Source of the DNA: Deltaproteobacteria bacterium
Lineage (GTDB): Bacteria > Myxococcota_A > UBA9160 > SMWR01
Length of the DNA stretch: 64,000 bases
Assembly: GCA_032128375.1 (NCBI GenBank)
Contig: JAQBGU010000107.1
Location: 7,879 to 71,878, forward strand
Reading direction: 5' to 3'
Of the stretch, positions 38,399-47,328 are shown piece after piece (the first letter of the stretch is position 1; every line of letters starts with the position of its first letter). The notes below the pieces were generated by a model that ran no database searches, had not been told where the DNA came from, and worked only from the letters and a program-made list of their open reading frames with translations. Both the position numbers and the translations under genes were made by a program.

Positions 38399-39103
38399 CT
38401 ACAGCTGACAGCGCTTTCCACTGAGTTGCGGCGAGCCGGAACGTCGCATTCGATGGCGCGATCTCACCAGCGCGAGCAGCCCGACGGTAAGCAACGCCAT
38501 TGGCTGCGGTTCTGGCACCGACAGGAGTTCGAAACTTCCGGGACTCGGAATTTCTTGAATCCGGAAATCAGCCAGATTGTCGTCGGTATCGACGTCCGCG
38601 AATATTCGCGCCAGGCTCGATCCAGCCGGGGGATCGGGTGCCGGGCTCCCCTCGCCGGCGAACACTTCACCGATGCCGAAGCTGCCGTAGCCCACTGCAT
38701 CCAAGACCTCGGCGGCGTTGCGCAATACGATGGAATCTGGGCCGTTTTGGAAGTCGAAATTTGCGATCTGGTCGGCGCCCGGCACGAGAGATGTGCCATC
38801 GCCGCTGTCATCAGCAACGACGAAGATCCCTTCCGGAGAAAAGATTCCGACCAGCGCGATCGTAGGTCCGAAGTCGCCATTGGCGCCGTTGACCCCTTCG
38901 AGAAACAGGCCCTCTGTCGAGGTCCCCGGCTCACCATAGAGTTCAACGAACGACTGACCGTTGTCAGAACCGACTGCGTCGTAGTAGATCTCTGAAATCA
39001 GCGGCACCGCGCTGGCAACAGACGCAAGCAAGATCGCCCCGACCAAGGCTGAAATCGGGAGCGCCGGTCCCCATGAGAAGCTGCGAGGTTTCTGATCGGC
39101 CAT
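38399..39103 (-). CDS. Lamin-tail-domain (LTD) protein with PEP-CTERM sorting signal
   Basis: Signal peptide after ATG 39103. LTD-like core (SEIYYDAVGSDNGQSFVELYG...DSIVLRN...LDAVGYG). C-terminal VPEP plus TM (MALLTVGLLALV) plus Arg-rich cluster. Confidence 0.8.
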   Translation of the reverse strand: MADQKPRSFSWGPALPISALVGAILLASVASAVPLISEIYYDAVGSDNGQSFVELYGEPGTSTEGLFLEGVNGANGDFGPTIALVGIFSPEGIFVVADDSGDGTSLVPGADQIANFDFQNGPDSIVLRNAAEVLDAVGYGSFGIGEVFAGEGSPAPDPPAGSSLARIFADVDTDDNLADFRIQEIPSPGSFELLSVPEPQPMALLTVGLLALVRSRHRMRRSGSPQLSGKRCQL

Positions 39104-39126
39104 GCGGGCCGATCGAGCCTGGGTTT

Positions 39127-39198
39127 GGATCGCAAATTGAATCGCAAATTGAATCGCAGATTGGATCACTTTTTGAATCACTGTATCGGTCACTGTAA
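39127..39198. repeat. 12-bp tandem repeat, about 6 copies (gaatcgcaaatt)
   Basis: ggatcgcaaatt gaatcgcaaatt gaatcgcagatt ggatcacttttt gaatcactgtat cggtcactgtaa. Spans the gap between the upstream stop (39190) and the LTD gene ATG (39103). Confidence 0.9.
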
Positions 39199-41097
39199 AA
39201 TACTCTCCGATGCGTTCGGGACCGGGCTAGGTGCATCACCCGAATCTCGGGCCATGCTGTGACGCCTGGGATCTCGCGGAGCGGGATCGCGTTGTGTCGA
39301 ACCCGCAAGCGGGTCGGACTCGGGGAGTCGGCGGGAGAACCAACCACCAGTCCACGCATCGATTCCCGCAGCGAGTTGGTCCGCGCGAATCTGCAGCGGT
39401 AGCCCGTCGCCGTCCCCGCTTATGGAATGGATTTCGGCGAGCACACGCTGTCTCTCGAAGTACAGCTGCGTCACCTCATCGAGCACTTCGTCTCGCAACT
39501 CGATGATCTCGCGCGCCTCTCGCGAAATGTCGAGCCGCTCCGGGTGGTACGCGATGTCGCCGAGGTCCCAGACCAGGCTGAGTCGGAGTTCCAATCCTGT
39601 CGCGCGATCGCGATCTGAATCTCTCAGCTCACGGAGTCCCCCCGACAGGTAAGCCTCGTCGTAGTCCCAGCTCCGCGATTTGTCTCTGTCACGGGAGATC
39701 GAGAAGGCAACGGCCGGAAGCCAGCCTCGACGATCCAGTCCCCGGTTGATCTCGCGAACCCGGCCTGGATCGAGTTCGAGGTAATCGAGTGCGGCTCGGT
39801 GAACCCGATCGATACCCGGATCCGCCGAATCGTGTTGCGGCAGACTCGGCGGAACAGCGACTCCCAAACCCGCGGTACCCACCATCAGACCACGATCGGT
39901 CGCGACATAGAGGGCGTGTTCGATTTCGCTGTCGGCGCTCTCGCGACCGATCGCCGCCAAATCCCCGATTGGACGGGTCGCAAACGGGCCGTTCGCAGGC
40001 AGCCACGGTCCGCGCAGGTTCCGCGAGCGGAACAGTCCCCGGTCCGACGCGAGCCAGCACCAGCCTATTGCCTGAGCGAGTTCGACGATCGACGCGCCCG
40101 GAGCCAATTCCGGGCGCAGCACATCCCAACCGAGCCCTGATTCCATGGAATCGTCGGCTCGGCTCACGACGATTGCAGAGTCGTAGACGACGACAATCTC
40201 AGAGCCGTCGATGTCGAGCGCGATGTCGACCGCTTCGCCACGTCCCGGCCCCAATGGCAGCTCGATTGGACTCGCACTTGTCTGATGGAAGAGAGTCTGA
40301 TGGAAGAGAGTCTGATGGATACTGGTTTGCTGAGATAGCGCCTGCGTGGATCGGGACGGAGTCTGAGGCGTCGCAGACACTGCGGCTTGTAGAAACACCC
40401 GCCACAGCTGACCGCGAATGACGGCCCAACACTCGATTCCGTCGCTGCGCTCCTTCAGCGCGACACTGGAGGCTGGACCGGTGGGTACCCCCCCGCCGAG
40501 TCGCTGCCATACCTGCGCATCAAGCGACAGGAACACCCCGTCGGCGGTCGCAATCGCGGTTACCCGGCCCGCCGTCGCGATACGCGACACATCCGCAGCG
40601 CCCGCACCCGGCGCCGGAGCGACCGGGCGACCAGCGGATGCGAAATCCGCCCGATACAGCCCTGATTCGGTAGCGATCAACAAGTCGGGTGAATGCGTCC
40701 CGATCGCTGCGACGAATCGGACTTCCCGCACGGCACCTCGAAGCCAGTGCCTGCGCAGCGCGTCGGGTCCGCTCCCAACCAATACGCCGCGCGAGTCCCC
40801 TACCGCGAACGCGAATCGCGCCCCCGGTGCGATGGCGACCGCGTGGATCGCATCGCGAGCGGCCGCGAGAGCAACCGTTTCCCACCGGACTTCCAAGGGA
40901 AGTTGAGCCGAACGCTCGTCGGAACGCTCGTTGAAGCTCTCGTCGGAGCTCTGGTTGGAGCTGGCAGTTCCGGGGGCGAGTGTCGAAGCGAGTGAAGCCA
41001 GAACAGCGAGGATTGCGGTCGCGAGGATCTGGATCGTTCCGACCTTGCTCGTGGGTCGTTTCGAGGAGCGCACCACAAGGGAAAGAGCAAGATGCAT
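39190..41097 (-). CDS. Large secreted hypothetical protein
   Basis: 635 aa with an N-terminal signal/anchor (ILATAILAVLASLASTLA). Contains two internal in-frame nucleotide repeat arrays. No recognisable catalytic motif. Confidence 0.7.
   Translation of the reverse strand: MHLALSLVVRSSKRPTSKVGTIQILATAILAVLASLASTLAPGTASSNQSSDESFNERSDERSAQLPLEVRWETVALAAARDAIHAVAIAPGARFAFAVGDSRGVLVGSGPDALRRHWLRGAVREVRFVAAIGTHSPDLLIATESGLYRADFASAGRPVAPAPGAGAADVSRIATAGRVTAIATADGVFLSLDAQVWQRLGGGVPTGPASSVALKERSDGIECWAVIRGQLWRVFLQAAVSATPQTPSRSTQALSQQTSIHQTLFHQTLFHQTSASPIELPLGPGRGEAVDIALDIDGSEIVVVYDSAIVVSRADDSMESGLGWDVLRPELAPGASIVELAQAIGWCWLASDRGLFRSRNLRGPWLPANGPFATRPIGDLAAIGRESADSEIEHALYVATDRGLMVGTAGLGVAVPPSLPQHDSADPGIDRVHRAALDYLELDPGRVREINRGLDRRGWLPAVAFSISRDRDKSRSWDYDEAYLSGGLRELRDSDRDRATGLELRLSLVWDLGDIAYHPERLDISREAREIIELRDEVLDEVTQLYFERQRVLAEIHSISGDGDGLPLQIRADQLAAGIDAWTGGWFSRRLPESDPLAGSTQRDPAPRDPRRHSMARDSGDAPSPVPNASESILQ
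40281..40320. repeat. 15-bp in-frame tandem repeat, about 2.7 copies (tctgatggaagagag)
   Basis: Two perfect copies plus a partial third. Encodes the (H)QTLF pentapeptide repeat on the minus strand. Confidence 0.9.
40909..40968. repeat. Degenerate 12-bp in-frame tandem repeat, 5 copies
   Basis: cgaacgctcgtc ggaacgctcgtt gaagctctcgtc ggagctctggtt ggagctggcagt. Encodes SSNQSSDESFNERSDERS just after the signal peptide. Confidence 0.8.
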
Positions 41098-41275
41098 GCC
41101 GTCGCACCGATCATTCGGTCGGGATCAGCAAGCGCGCGAAATGCGGATGGATTTCGGTCTCCGCGAGAGCGCGATCGAGGGCCCGGGTGAACCACTGGGC
41201 TCGCGCCCGGACCCAACGCCCGCTGACACCCGGCTTCCTTGACGGTTGCAGACACCTCCAGAACACTCATCGGTC

Positions 41276-41857
41276 ATGTCCAAGCGCCTCGACCGATGGC
41301 TCGTCCCGCTGCTTGGCGTCGCGATCTTGTTCGCCGCCGTGCGGGAAGTACAGGCCGGTGAAGCCGTGGGCGAGCCCGAGCTGTACCGTTGGCTCGACCG
41401 AAACGGGGTCGTCCGCTACACGCCCGACCTCGACCGAATTCCGGACACGCGTCGCAAGACTGCGATTCGCGTCATATCGGGAACCAACCCTCTGGGCGAG
41501 CCGCTGGAGACCCCGACCGCGCCGGCCTCACTTGCCCCGCTCGGCCCAGCCCTGGCCGGCGCCGACCCATTCAACGCGCCTGCCGAGCTGCGGCGGGTCG
41601 AAAGCGAGCAGCTCGCCACCCATGCCGAGTTCGGCGGCAATACGTGGCCCGAACTCGACGCGCGCATCTCCGAACTCGAAATTTTGATCCAGGCCGACGA
41701 AGAGATCATCAAGGAAATGATCTCGGCACCTTCCAGTGAGGGCAGCGACGAACTGATCTACTCGCCCGTGCTGCGCCAGATCGCGTCGCGCCTGCCCATT
41801 TTGCAGGGCGAGCTCAACGAGTTGCTGCGCTGGCGCGAGCAGCCACAGGATCGATAG
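41276..41857 (+). CDS. DUF4124-like secreted protein with C-terminal coiled coil
   Basis: Signal peptide after ATG 41276. LYRWLDRNGVVRYTPD resembles the DUF4124 signature (YkWvDenGvvhysd). Confidence 0.6.
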   Translation: MSKRLDRWLVPLLGVAILFAAVREVQAGEAVGEPELYRWLDRNGVVRYTPDLDRIPDTRRKTAIRVISGTNPLGEPLETPTAPASLAPLGPALAGADPFNAPAELRRVESEQLATHAEFGGNTWPELDARISELEILIQADEEIIKEMISAPSSEGSDELIYSPVLRQIASRLPILQGELNELLRWREQPQDR

Positions 41858-41868
41858 GTACCGGAGCC

Positions 41869-42843
41869 GTGTCCGGAATTTCAGCCTCTCCGATCGTCGC
41901 GCTTTGCGGCGGCGTGGGGGCCGCGCGCTTTCTGGCCGGCCTCGTCGCTGCCGTCGACCCTCAGCAGGTAACGGCTATCGTCAATACGGGCGACGATCGC
42001 ATGTTCTACGGCGTCCACGTCTCGCCCGACCTCGATATCGTCACATACACGCTATCGGGACAAGTCGACTCCACCCGCGGCTACGGTCTGGCCGGCGATC
42101 GATACTCCGTCGTCGACGCGTTGGGCGCGTTCGGGCACGAAAGTTGGTTCAGACTCGGCGACCGCGACTTCGCCACGAGCTACCACCGGACACTTCGGCT
42201 CGCCGCTGGCGTGGGCTTGACCGCGGTCACCCATGAGATTCAGACGCATTTCGGCGTGCCCATTCGAATTCTACCCATGTCTGAAGATCCGTGCCCCACC
42301 ATCGTCGAACTCGAAGGTGGCAGGAGATTACACTTCGAGGAATACCTCGCGCGCGACGGCGCGCCCGACGAGGTTTGTGGGGTCGATCTGTCTGCCGCCG
42401 AGCGAGCGGTGCCGGGCCCCGGTGTACTGGAGGCGATCTCGAGTGCCGGAACGATACTATTGTGCCCGAGTAATCCGGTCGTTTCGATCGGCCCGATCCT
42501 GGCGGTCCCTGGTATCCGCGATGCGGTGGTCGATTCTCCGGCGCCGGTCGTCGCGGTATCGCCGATTGTCGGTGGCGCGCCAGTGAAGGGGCCGGCCGAT
42601 CGACTGCTGCGGGGTTTGGGCAAAGAGGTCTCGGCACGTGGAGTCGCTGTGTGGTACCAGGGTCTGATCGACGGCTTCGTGATCGACCAACGCGATGCCG
42701 ATCTGGCCAAAGACATCGAAGCGATGGGCATGCCGACGCGCGTACTCGACACGCTCATGAAGACCACGAAAATTGCGGCATCGGTGGCGCGGGCCGCGCT
42801 CTCGCTGGCTGAGGCCCTGTCGGCCTCGGAGCCGCGCGAATGA
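41869..42843 (+). CDS. cofD: 2-phospho-L-lactate transferase (F420 biosynthesis)
   Basis: N-terminal LCGGVGAARFL motif and CofD/FbiA-like length and sequence throughout. Confidence 0.85.
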   Translation: MSGISASPIVALCGGVGAARFLAGLVAAVDPQQVTAIVNTGDDRMFYGVHVSPDLDIVTYTLSGQVDSTRGYGLAGDRYSVVDALGAFGHESWFRLGDRDFATSYHRTLRLAAGVGLTAVTHEIQTHFGVPIRILPMSEDPCPTIVELEGGRRLHFEEYLARDGAPDEVCGVDLSAAERAVPGPGVLEAISSAGTILLCPSNPVVSIGPILAVPGIRDAVVDSPAPVVAVSPIVGGAPVKGPADRLLRGLGKEVSARGVAVWYQGLIDGFVIDQRDADLAKDIEAMGMPTRVLDTLMKTTKIAASVARAALSLAEALSASEPRE

Positions 42844-43481
42844 TCGCGGCGATCGTACCGGTGAAAGCACTGGGGTCGTCAAAGTCGCGGTTGTTTTCGG
42901 CCTTGGATCGAAAGTCGGTCGAACGGCTGTCGATCGCGATGCTCGGCGATGTGGTCGATGCTCTGCTTTGCGTCGCGGCATTGGACCGCGTCGCGGTGGT
43001 CACGCCTGACCCCGAAGTCGCAGCCATCGTGCGACCGACGGCCGCCGAAGTGCTGTTACGCGACGTTCCGGGGCTGAACGCTTCGATTGACGATGCGTCG
43101 GCCACACTCGCTCCCGGACCCGATGACGCGACACTGGTGGTGCTCGGCGACGTCGCGGGCGCGCGTTCCGACGATCTCTCGAAGCTGATCGACGCCTGCG
43201 CGCCGCGCGGAGTGGTGCTGGCTCCCTCGTCGGATGGGGGGACTTCTGCGCTGTTTCGGCGCCCCGCCAACGTGATCAAGTCCGGGTTTGGCGCAGACAG
43301 CGCAGCGGTGCACCGCAAGCTGGCCTGCGTCGCCGGCATACCCTTTTGTGAAGTCGCACTCGCGTCTCTCGCGATCGACATCGACGATCGCGAGGATCTC
43401 GTGAACTTCGCCAGACACGGGTGCGGCGGGCCGCGGACACGTGCGCTGCTCGCTGAACTCTTACCGGAGTTGATATCATGA
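42840..43481 (+). CDS. cofC: 2-phospho-L-lactate (or related) guanylyltransferase
   Basis: N-terminal IVPVKALGSSKSRL motif typical of CofC/FbiD. ATGA overlap with cofD. Confidence 0.8.
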   Translation: MIAAIVPVKALGSSKSRLFSALDRKSVERLSIAMLGDVVDALLCVAALDRVAVVTPDPEVAAIVRPTAAEVLLRDVPGLNASIDDASATLAPGPDDATLVVLGDVAGARSDDLSKLIDACAPRGVVLAPSSDGGTSALFRRPANVIKSGFGADSAAVHRKLACVAGIPFCEVALASLAIDIDDREDLVNFARHGCGGPRTRALLAELLPELIS

Positions 43482-44236
43482 GCGTCGTACCCGGAGCGAT
43501 CCACTTGATTCCGCTGCTCGGAATCCCTGCCGTACAGCCCGGCGATGACCTCGCAGCGATGATTCGGACCGCCGCAGATGCGTGTGACATCCAGTTGAAA
43601 GATGGCGCATTGGTGGTCTGCCAGAAAATCGTGTCCAAGGCCGAGGGAAGGGTTGTCGCACTCGCCGACGTAGAACCCACTGAGGAGGCACTGAAGATCG
43701 CAGCCGAGGACGACCGCGATGCCAGACAGACCGAACTGGTGCTGCGCGAAACGAAGCGAATCGTCCGGCGCGGTCATGGGGTGCTGATCTCGGAAACCCG
43801 ACATGGGTTCGTCTGTGCGAATGCGGGACTGGATCTTTCCAACGCGGTCGCGCCAGACTCGGCCGTATTGCTGCCACTCGATCCCGATGCATCGGCGCGC
43901 AAGCTGCGCGACGCACTGATGAAAAATGGCGCCGGGCCGCTGGCTGTCATCGTGAGCGACACGTTCGGTCGGCCGTGGCGCGATGGACTGGTGGACGTCG
44001 CACTCGGAAGCGCCGGTATCGCGCCGATCATGGACTTGCGCGGCCAGACCGACCTGATCGGCCGCGAACTCGAAGTGACCGCCACGGCGACGTGCGACCA
44101 ATTTGCCGCCGCCGCCGGGATCTTGATGCAAAAGGCCGCCGGCATCCCAGCCGTCTGGATCGAGGGCCACCCGATCGAAGGCGACGGAACCATTCGGGAG
44201 ACGCTGCGCGACCCGAGCACAGATTTGTTTCGATAG
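43478..44236 (+). CDS. cofE: Coenzyme F420-0:L-glutamate ligase (stand-alone type)
   Basis: 252 aa CofE-like protein (VVCQKIVSKAEGR...GFVCANAGLD...SDTFGRPWR). No fused nitroreductase domain. ATGA overlap with cofC. Confidence 0.85.
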   Translation: MSVVPGAIHLIPLLGIPAVQPGDDLAAMIRTAADACDIQLKDGALVVCQKIVSKAEGRVVALADVEPTEEALKIAAEDDRDARQTELVLRETKRIVRRGHGVLISETRHGFVCANAGLDLSNAVAPDSAVLLPLDPDASARKLRDALMKNGAGPLAVIVSDTFGRPWRDGLVDVALGSAGIAPIMDLRGQTDLIGRELEVTATATCDQFAAAAGILMQKAAGIPAVWIEGHPIEGDGTIRETLRDPSTDLFR

Positions 44237-44308
44237 TTCGTGACAGCTGAAAATGATCGCTGAGCCAACAGCTTGGCCGCTGGCTTGGAACAGGGTCGTC
44301 GGAGCGGT

Positions 44309-45478
44309 TCATGGTTCGCGCTGCTGAGCCGCTTTCTTCAGCAGTACGTGGCCATAGTGTTCGCCGGCCGCATCGAGATCGAAGATCGTATGCGCGCTCA
44401 TCATGTGAATGTCGCGATGAATGCGTCCGAGTTCGCAATCTTGAAAATGTGCGCTCGCTCCACTCGCCTCCAAGATGTCGCGAATGACGTTGCGACAGTT
44501 CCGCACCACGTGCGCGATCTGCAGGCGCAGCGGCGCTACGACATGGCCCGAAGCCGTCTCGTCGCTTCGGCTGAAATCCTCGATCCGACAGGCCGCGGCA
44601 CGCAACAGTGATTCTGCGGAACTCACCTCCATGAAGGCGTGGGCGAGCCGAATCTGGTTCGGGAGCTTCTCGGCCTGAATCGTCGCGCTACCAAACAGCA
44701 CGCGCTGCAACATGCGCTCGCGAAACAGCGTCAGCGCCCGCTTGGCACAGCCGACAGCTGGAATCGCTGCTGTGAGGGCCAGAAAAGGAATGATCGGATA
44801 GCGGTGCATCGAAGGCGAACCAATCGGTCTGGCGTGCTCGAACGATGGCAGTGGGAGCGAAACGTGGCTGCTTGGAACGTAGACTGCTTCGACGACCATG
44901 TCGTGGCTTCCCGTCGCCGCCATGCCGTCCACATGCCAGGTATCTGGTGCTTTCACTTTTTCGCGGGGCAACAGGAATGTTCGCGGTACGCGTTCATCCT
45001 CCGAATCGATGCGACCCGATAGCAACACCCAATCCGCGTGCACGATGCCGGTGCCGAACTTCCAGCGGCCCGACAGTTCGTACCCGCCGTCGACCGGCTT
45101 GGCGAGACCCGTCGGCCCGACGCCGCCCGGCGCGAGGATGAACGCTTGTCGAGCGAAGATCTCCGCCTGCAGTTCATCTGCGAAGCGCACCAGCGCCCAG
45201 TTGTGCTCCATGTAGAACGTGGTGATCCATCCGGTCGAAGCGCAGGCTTCGCTGACGATGAGGCCGATGTCGATGAAAGTCTCCAGATCGATCTCGTACC
45301 CACCGAAGTGCCTGGGGACGAACGACTTGAAAACGCCCGTGGCCTTGAGCGCATCGATCACTTCGTCCTCGGGCTGTCGCGAGCGTTCGGCCTCGAATGA
45401 CCGCTGCGAGATGAGCGGAGCCAGCGCCTTCACTCGCTCCACGAGGCCTTCAGCCGAAGTTTCGATGGCGACACTCAT
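44309..45478 (-). CDS. Acyl-CoA dehydrogenase-fold flavin-dependent monooxygenase/dehydrogenase
   Basis: Three-domain ACAD-like layout, about 390 aa from ATG 45478. Resembles the group D flavin monooxygenase / SfnB-type family. Substrate unknown. Confidence 0.7.
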   Translation of the reverse strand: MSVAIETSAEGLVERVKALAPLISQRSFEAERSRQPEDEVIDALKATGVFKSFVPRHFGGYEIDLETFIDIGLIVSEACASTGWITTFYMEHNWALVRFADELQAEIFARQAFILAPGGVGPTGLAKPVDGGYELSGRWKFGTGIVHADWVLLSGRIDSEDERVPRTFLLPREKVKAPDTWHVDGMAATGSHDMVVEAVYVPSSHVSLPLPSFEHARPIGSPSMHRYPIIPFLALTAAIPAVGCAKRALTLFRERMLQRVLFGSATIQAEKLPNQIRLAHAFMEVSSAESLLRAAACRIEDFSRSDETASGHVVAPLRLQIAHVVRNCRNVIRDILEASGASAHFQDCELGRIHRDIHMMSAHTIFDLDAAGEHYGHVLLKKAAQQREP

Positions 45479-45556
45479 TCTGGACACGAGCCTCTCCCTG
45501 GGTCTCCCCGCAAGCCGCCCACGACATCCACAGCTACCACAGCCGTCGGCCAACGT

Positions 45557-46165
45557 TCAAGGCCGCGTGACGGCTCTCCAGAGTTCCCCCAGACCCGTCT
45601 TCTGACTGGCCGAAGTGGGGATGACTCGAGTTGCCGGCAATTCGATCGACTCTTTCATCGCTCGGATGCGGGCGGCGCGTCGCATCGGTTTGAGCTTGTC
45701 GATCTTCGTGATTGCGAGCACGATCGGGATCTCTCGCTCGGCGAGCCAGTCGATCAGAAGTGTCTCGTCTTCGGATACGTCGCGCCGGATATCTTGCAGC
45801 AGCACCGCCGACGTCAGCGTGGAACGGCCGTCGAGGTAGGACTCGACCAGGCCCTGCCAGCGCTTCCGCTCGAGCTTACTCACCCGCGCGTAGCCATAAC
45901 CGGGCAGGTCGACCAACAACGCCTGGTGGCTCGCCGCTCGGTCGCTGTTGCCCGCGCTGTACCGGACCTGGTACCAGTGAATCAATCTCGTTTTGCCCGG
46001 TGAACTGCTGGTACGGGCCAGTTTCTTGCGGTTCACCAGCGCGTTGAGCAGGCTCGACTTGCCGACGTTCGAACGCCCCAAGAAGGCGACTTCGGGCGCC
46101 GACGGGTTTGGAAAACCGTCCAGGGCTGCGGCCGTAGCGTGCCATTTCGCTTCGAGAACCCTCAC
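45557..46165 (-). CDS. engB: Ribosome biogenesis GTP-binding protein YihA/EngB
   Basis: G1 GRSNVGKSSLLNAL, G3 DLPGYG, G4 TKIDK. GTG 46165 gives a GTGA overlap with the aminotransferase stop. The ORF-track start at 46249 is probably too long. Confidence 0.85.
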   Translation of the reverse strand: MRVLEAKWHATAAALDGFPNPSAPEVAFLGRSNVGKSSLLNALVNRKKLARTSSSPGKTRLIHWYQVRYSAGNSDRAASHQALLVDLPGYGYARVSKLERKRWQGLVESYLDGRSTLTSAVLLQDIRRDVSEDETLLIDWLAEREIPIVLAITKIDKLKPMRRAARIRAMKESIELPATRVIPTSASQKTGLGELWRAVTRP

Positions 46166-47328
46166 GACAGCGTCGGCAGCACGCGTCCGATCCGGTCCAA
46201 CGCCTCGGCGATTGCGGATTCGGAATTCGCGTACGAAAAGCGCAACCAACCTTCGCCGGCATCGCCAAAATCGACTCCGGGCGCGACGCCGACATTCGCG
46301 CGATCGAGCAACGTGTAGGCAAGGGCCAGCGAGTCCGAGCCGAATCGCCGGGCGTCTGCAAACACGTAGAACGCGCCCATGGGATCGACCGGTACTTCGA
46401 ACCCCAATGATCGCAAGCCATCGATCAGGATGCGCCGGCGCCTCGCATACGCGTCGACCATCCCCTTGAGTACCCGACCACGCGTCCGGCCCTCGTCGCG
46501 CAGGACTGCGATCCCGGCGTGCTGAACGAAGCTGTTGGCCGAAATGAACAGATTCTGCTGCAGGGTCTGAACCAGCCGTTGCGCGGGCTCTGGAACGATC
46601 GCGTAACCGAGCCGGAACCCCGTCATCGCGTAACGTTTCGAAAAACCGTCCAGCACGTACGCATCGTCTGTGACCGCCAGCGCCGTTGTCACACGCGCAG
46701 CGTCGTACAAAAGGCCGTCATAGATTTCGTCCGAAATAATCGGGAGCCCAAGTTCGGCCAGTGCGCGAAGCGTCTGTTCGCTTTGGACCGCACCGGTGGG
46801 GTTTGCGGGAGACCCCACGACGATCGCACGCGTCCGAGGCGTGATGGCGGCGCGAACCCTGTCAACATCCAGTTCGTAGCCGGTGGAGGGCTCGCAGCGG
46901 ACCAGCACCGGCGTACCGCCGCTGATTCGAATGAAGTTCGGATAACAGGGGTAGTGGGGGGTACCCAGGATGACCTCGTCTCCAACATCGACGAGCAGCG
47001 AGAAAATCAGCACGAGCGCCGACGACGTGCCGCCCGTGACGATCACGCGCCCCGCATCGATACCGACTCCGAATCGACGCTGATAGTCTTCGGCGATCGC
47101 TTCGCGAAGCTCCGCCAGCCCCCGGCTGTCGGTATAGTGGGTCTCGCCCGACTCGATCGCTTCTGTGCACGCTCGCAGCGCAGCCGGATGAGCTGGAAAA
47201 TCCGGTTCGCCGATCTCGAGGTGGATGACGTCCACCCCATCGCGTTCCATGGCTTGCGCGCGCTCCATGACCTCCATAGCCAGGAACGGTCGAATGTTGT
47301 CGGTACGCGGCGAAAAGCGCTGGCCCAT
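46162..47328 (-). CDS. Class I/II pyridoxal-phosphate-dependent aminotransferase
   Basis: PLP-lysine motif GFSKRYAMTGFRLGY. ATG 47328 gives a typical approximately 388-aa protein. Confidence 0.9.
   Translation of the reverse strand: MGQRFSPRTDNIRPFLAMEVMERAQAMERDGVDVIHLEIGEPDFPAHPAALRACTEAIESGETHYTDSRGLAELREAIAEDYQRRFGVGIDAGRVIVTGGTSSALVLIFSLLVDVGDEVILGTPHYPCYPNFIRISGGTPVLVRCEPSTGYELDVDRVRAAITPRTRAIVVGSPANPTGAVQSEQTLRALAELGLPIISDEIYDGLLYDAARVTTALAVTDDAYVLDGFSKRYAMTGFRLGYAIVPEPAQRLVQTLQQNLFISANSFVQHAGIAVLRDEGRTRGRVLKGMVDAYARRRRILIDGLRSLGFEVPVDPMGAFYVFADARRFGSDSLALAYTLLDRANVGVAPGVDFGDAGEGWLRFSYANSESAIAEALDRIGRVLPTLS

Noticed and set aside
42755-44170. 471-aa ORF on the minus strand
   Set aside because: It is antisense to cofC and cofE, which have clear family motifs and operon overlaps. 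The translation is low-complexity (Ser/Ala/Arg-rich).
46166-46249. Upstream extensions of several ORF-track entries: engB to 46249, aminotransferase to 47556, hisG to 56973, SDR to 63505, amidohydrolase to 62511, ACAD-fold to 45553, ccmA to 51950, ccmB to 52738, protein X to 50049, oppF to 15942, and the SBP to 16979
   Set aside because: In each case the extension overlaps the neighbouring gene or is Arg/Pro-rich. An internal ATG/GTG gives a canonical N-terminus, often with a 4-nt stop-start overlap or a visible Shine-Dalgarno-like sequence.
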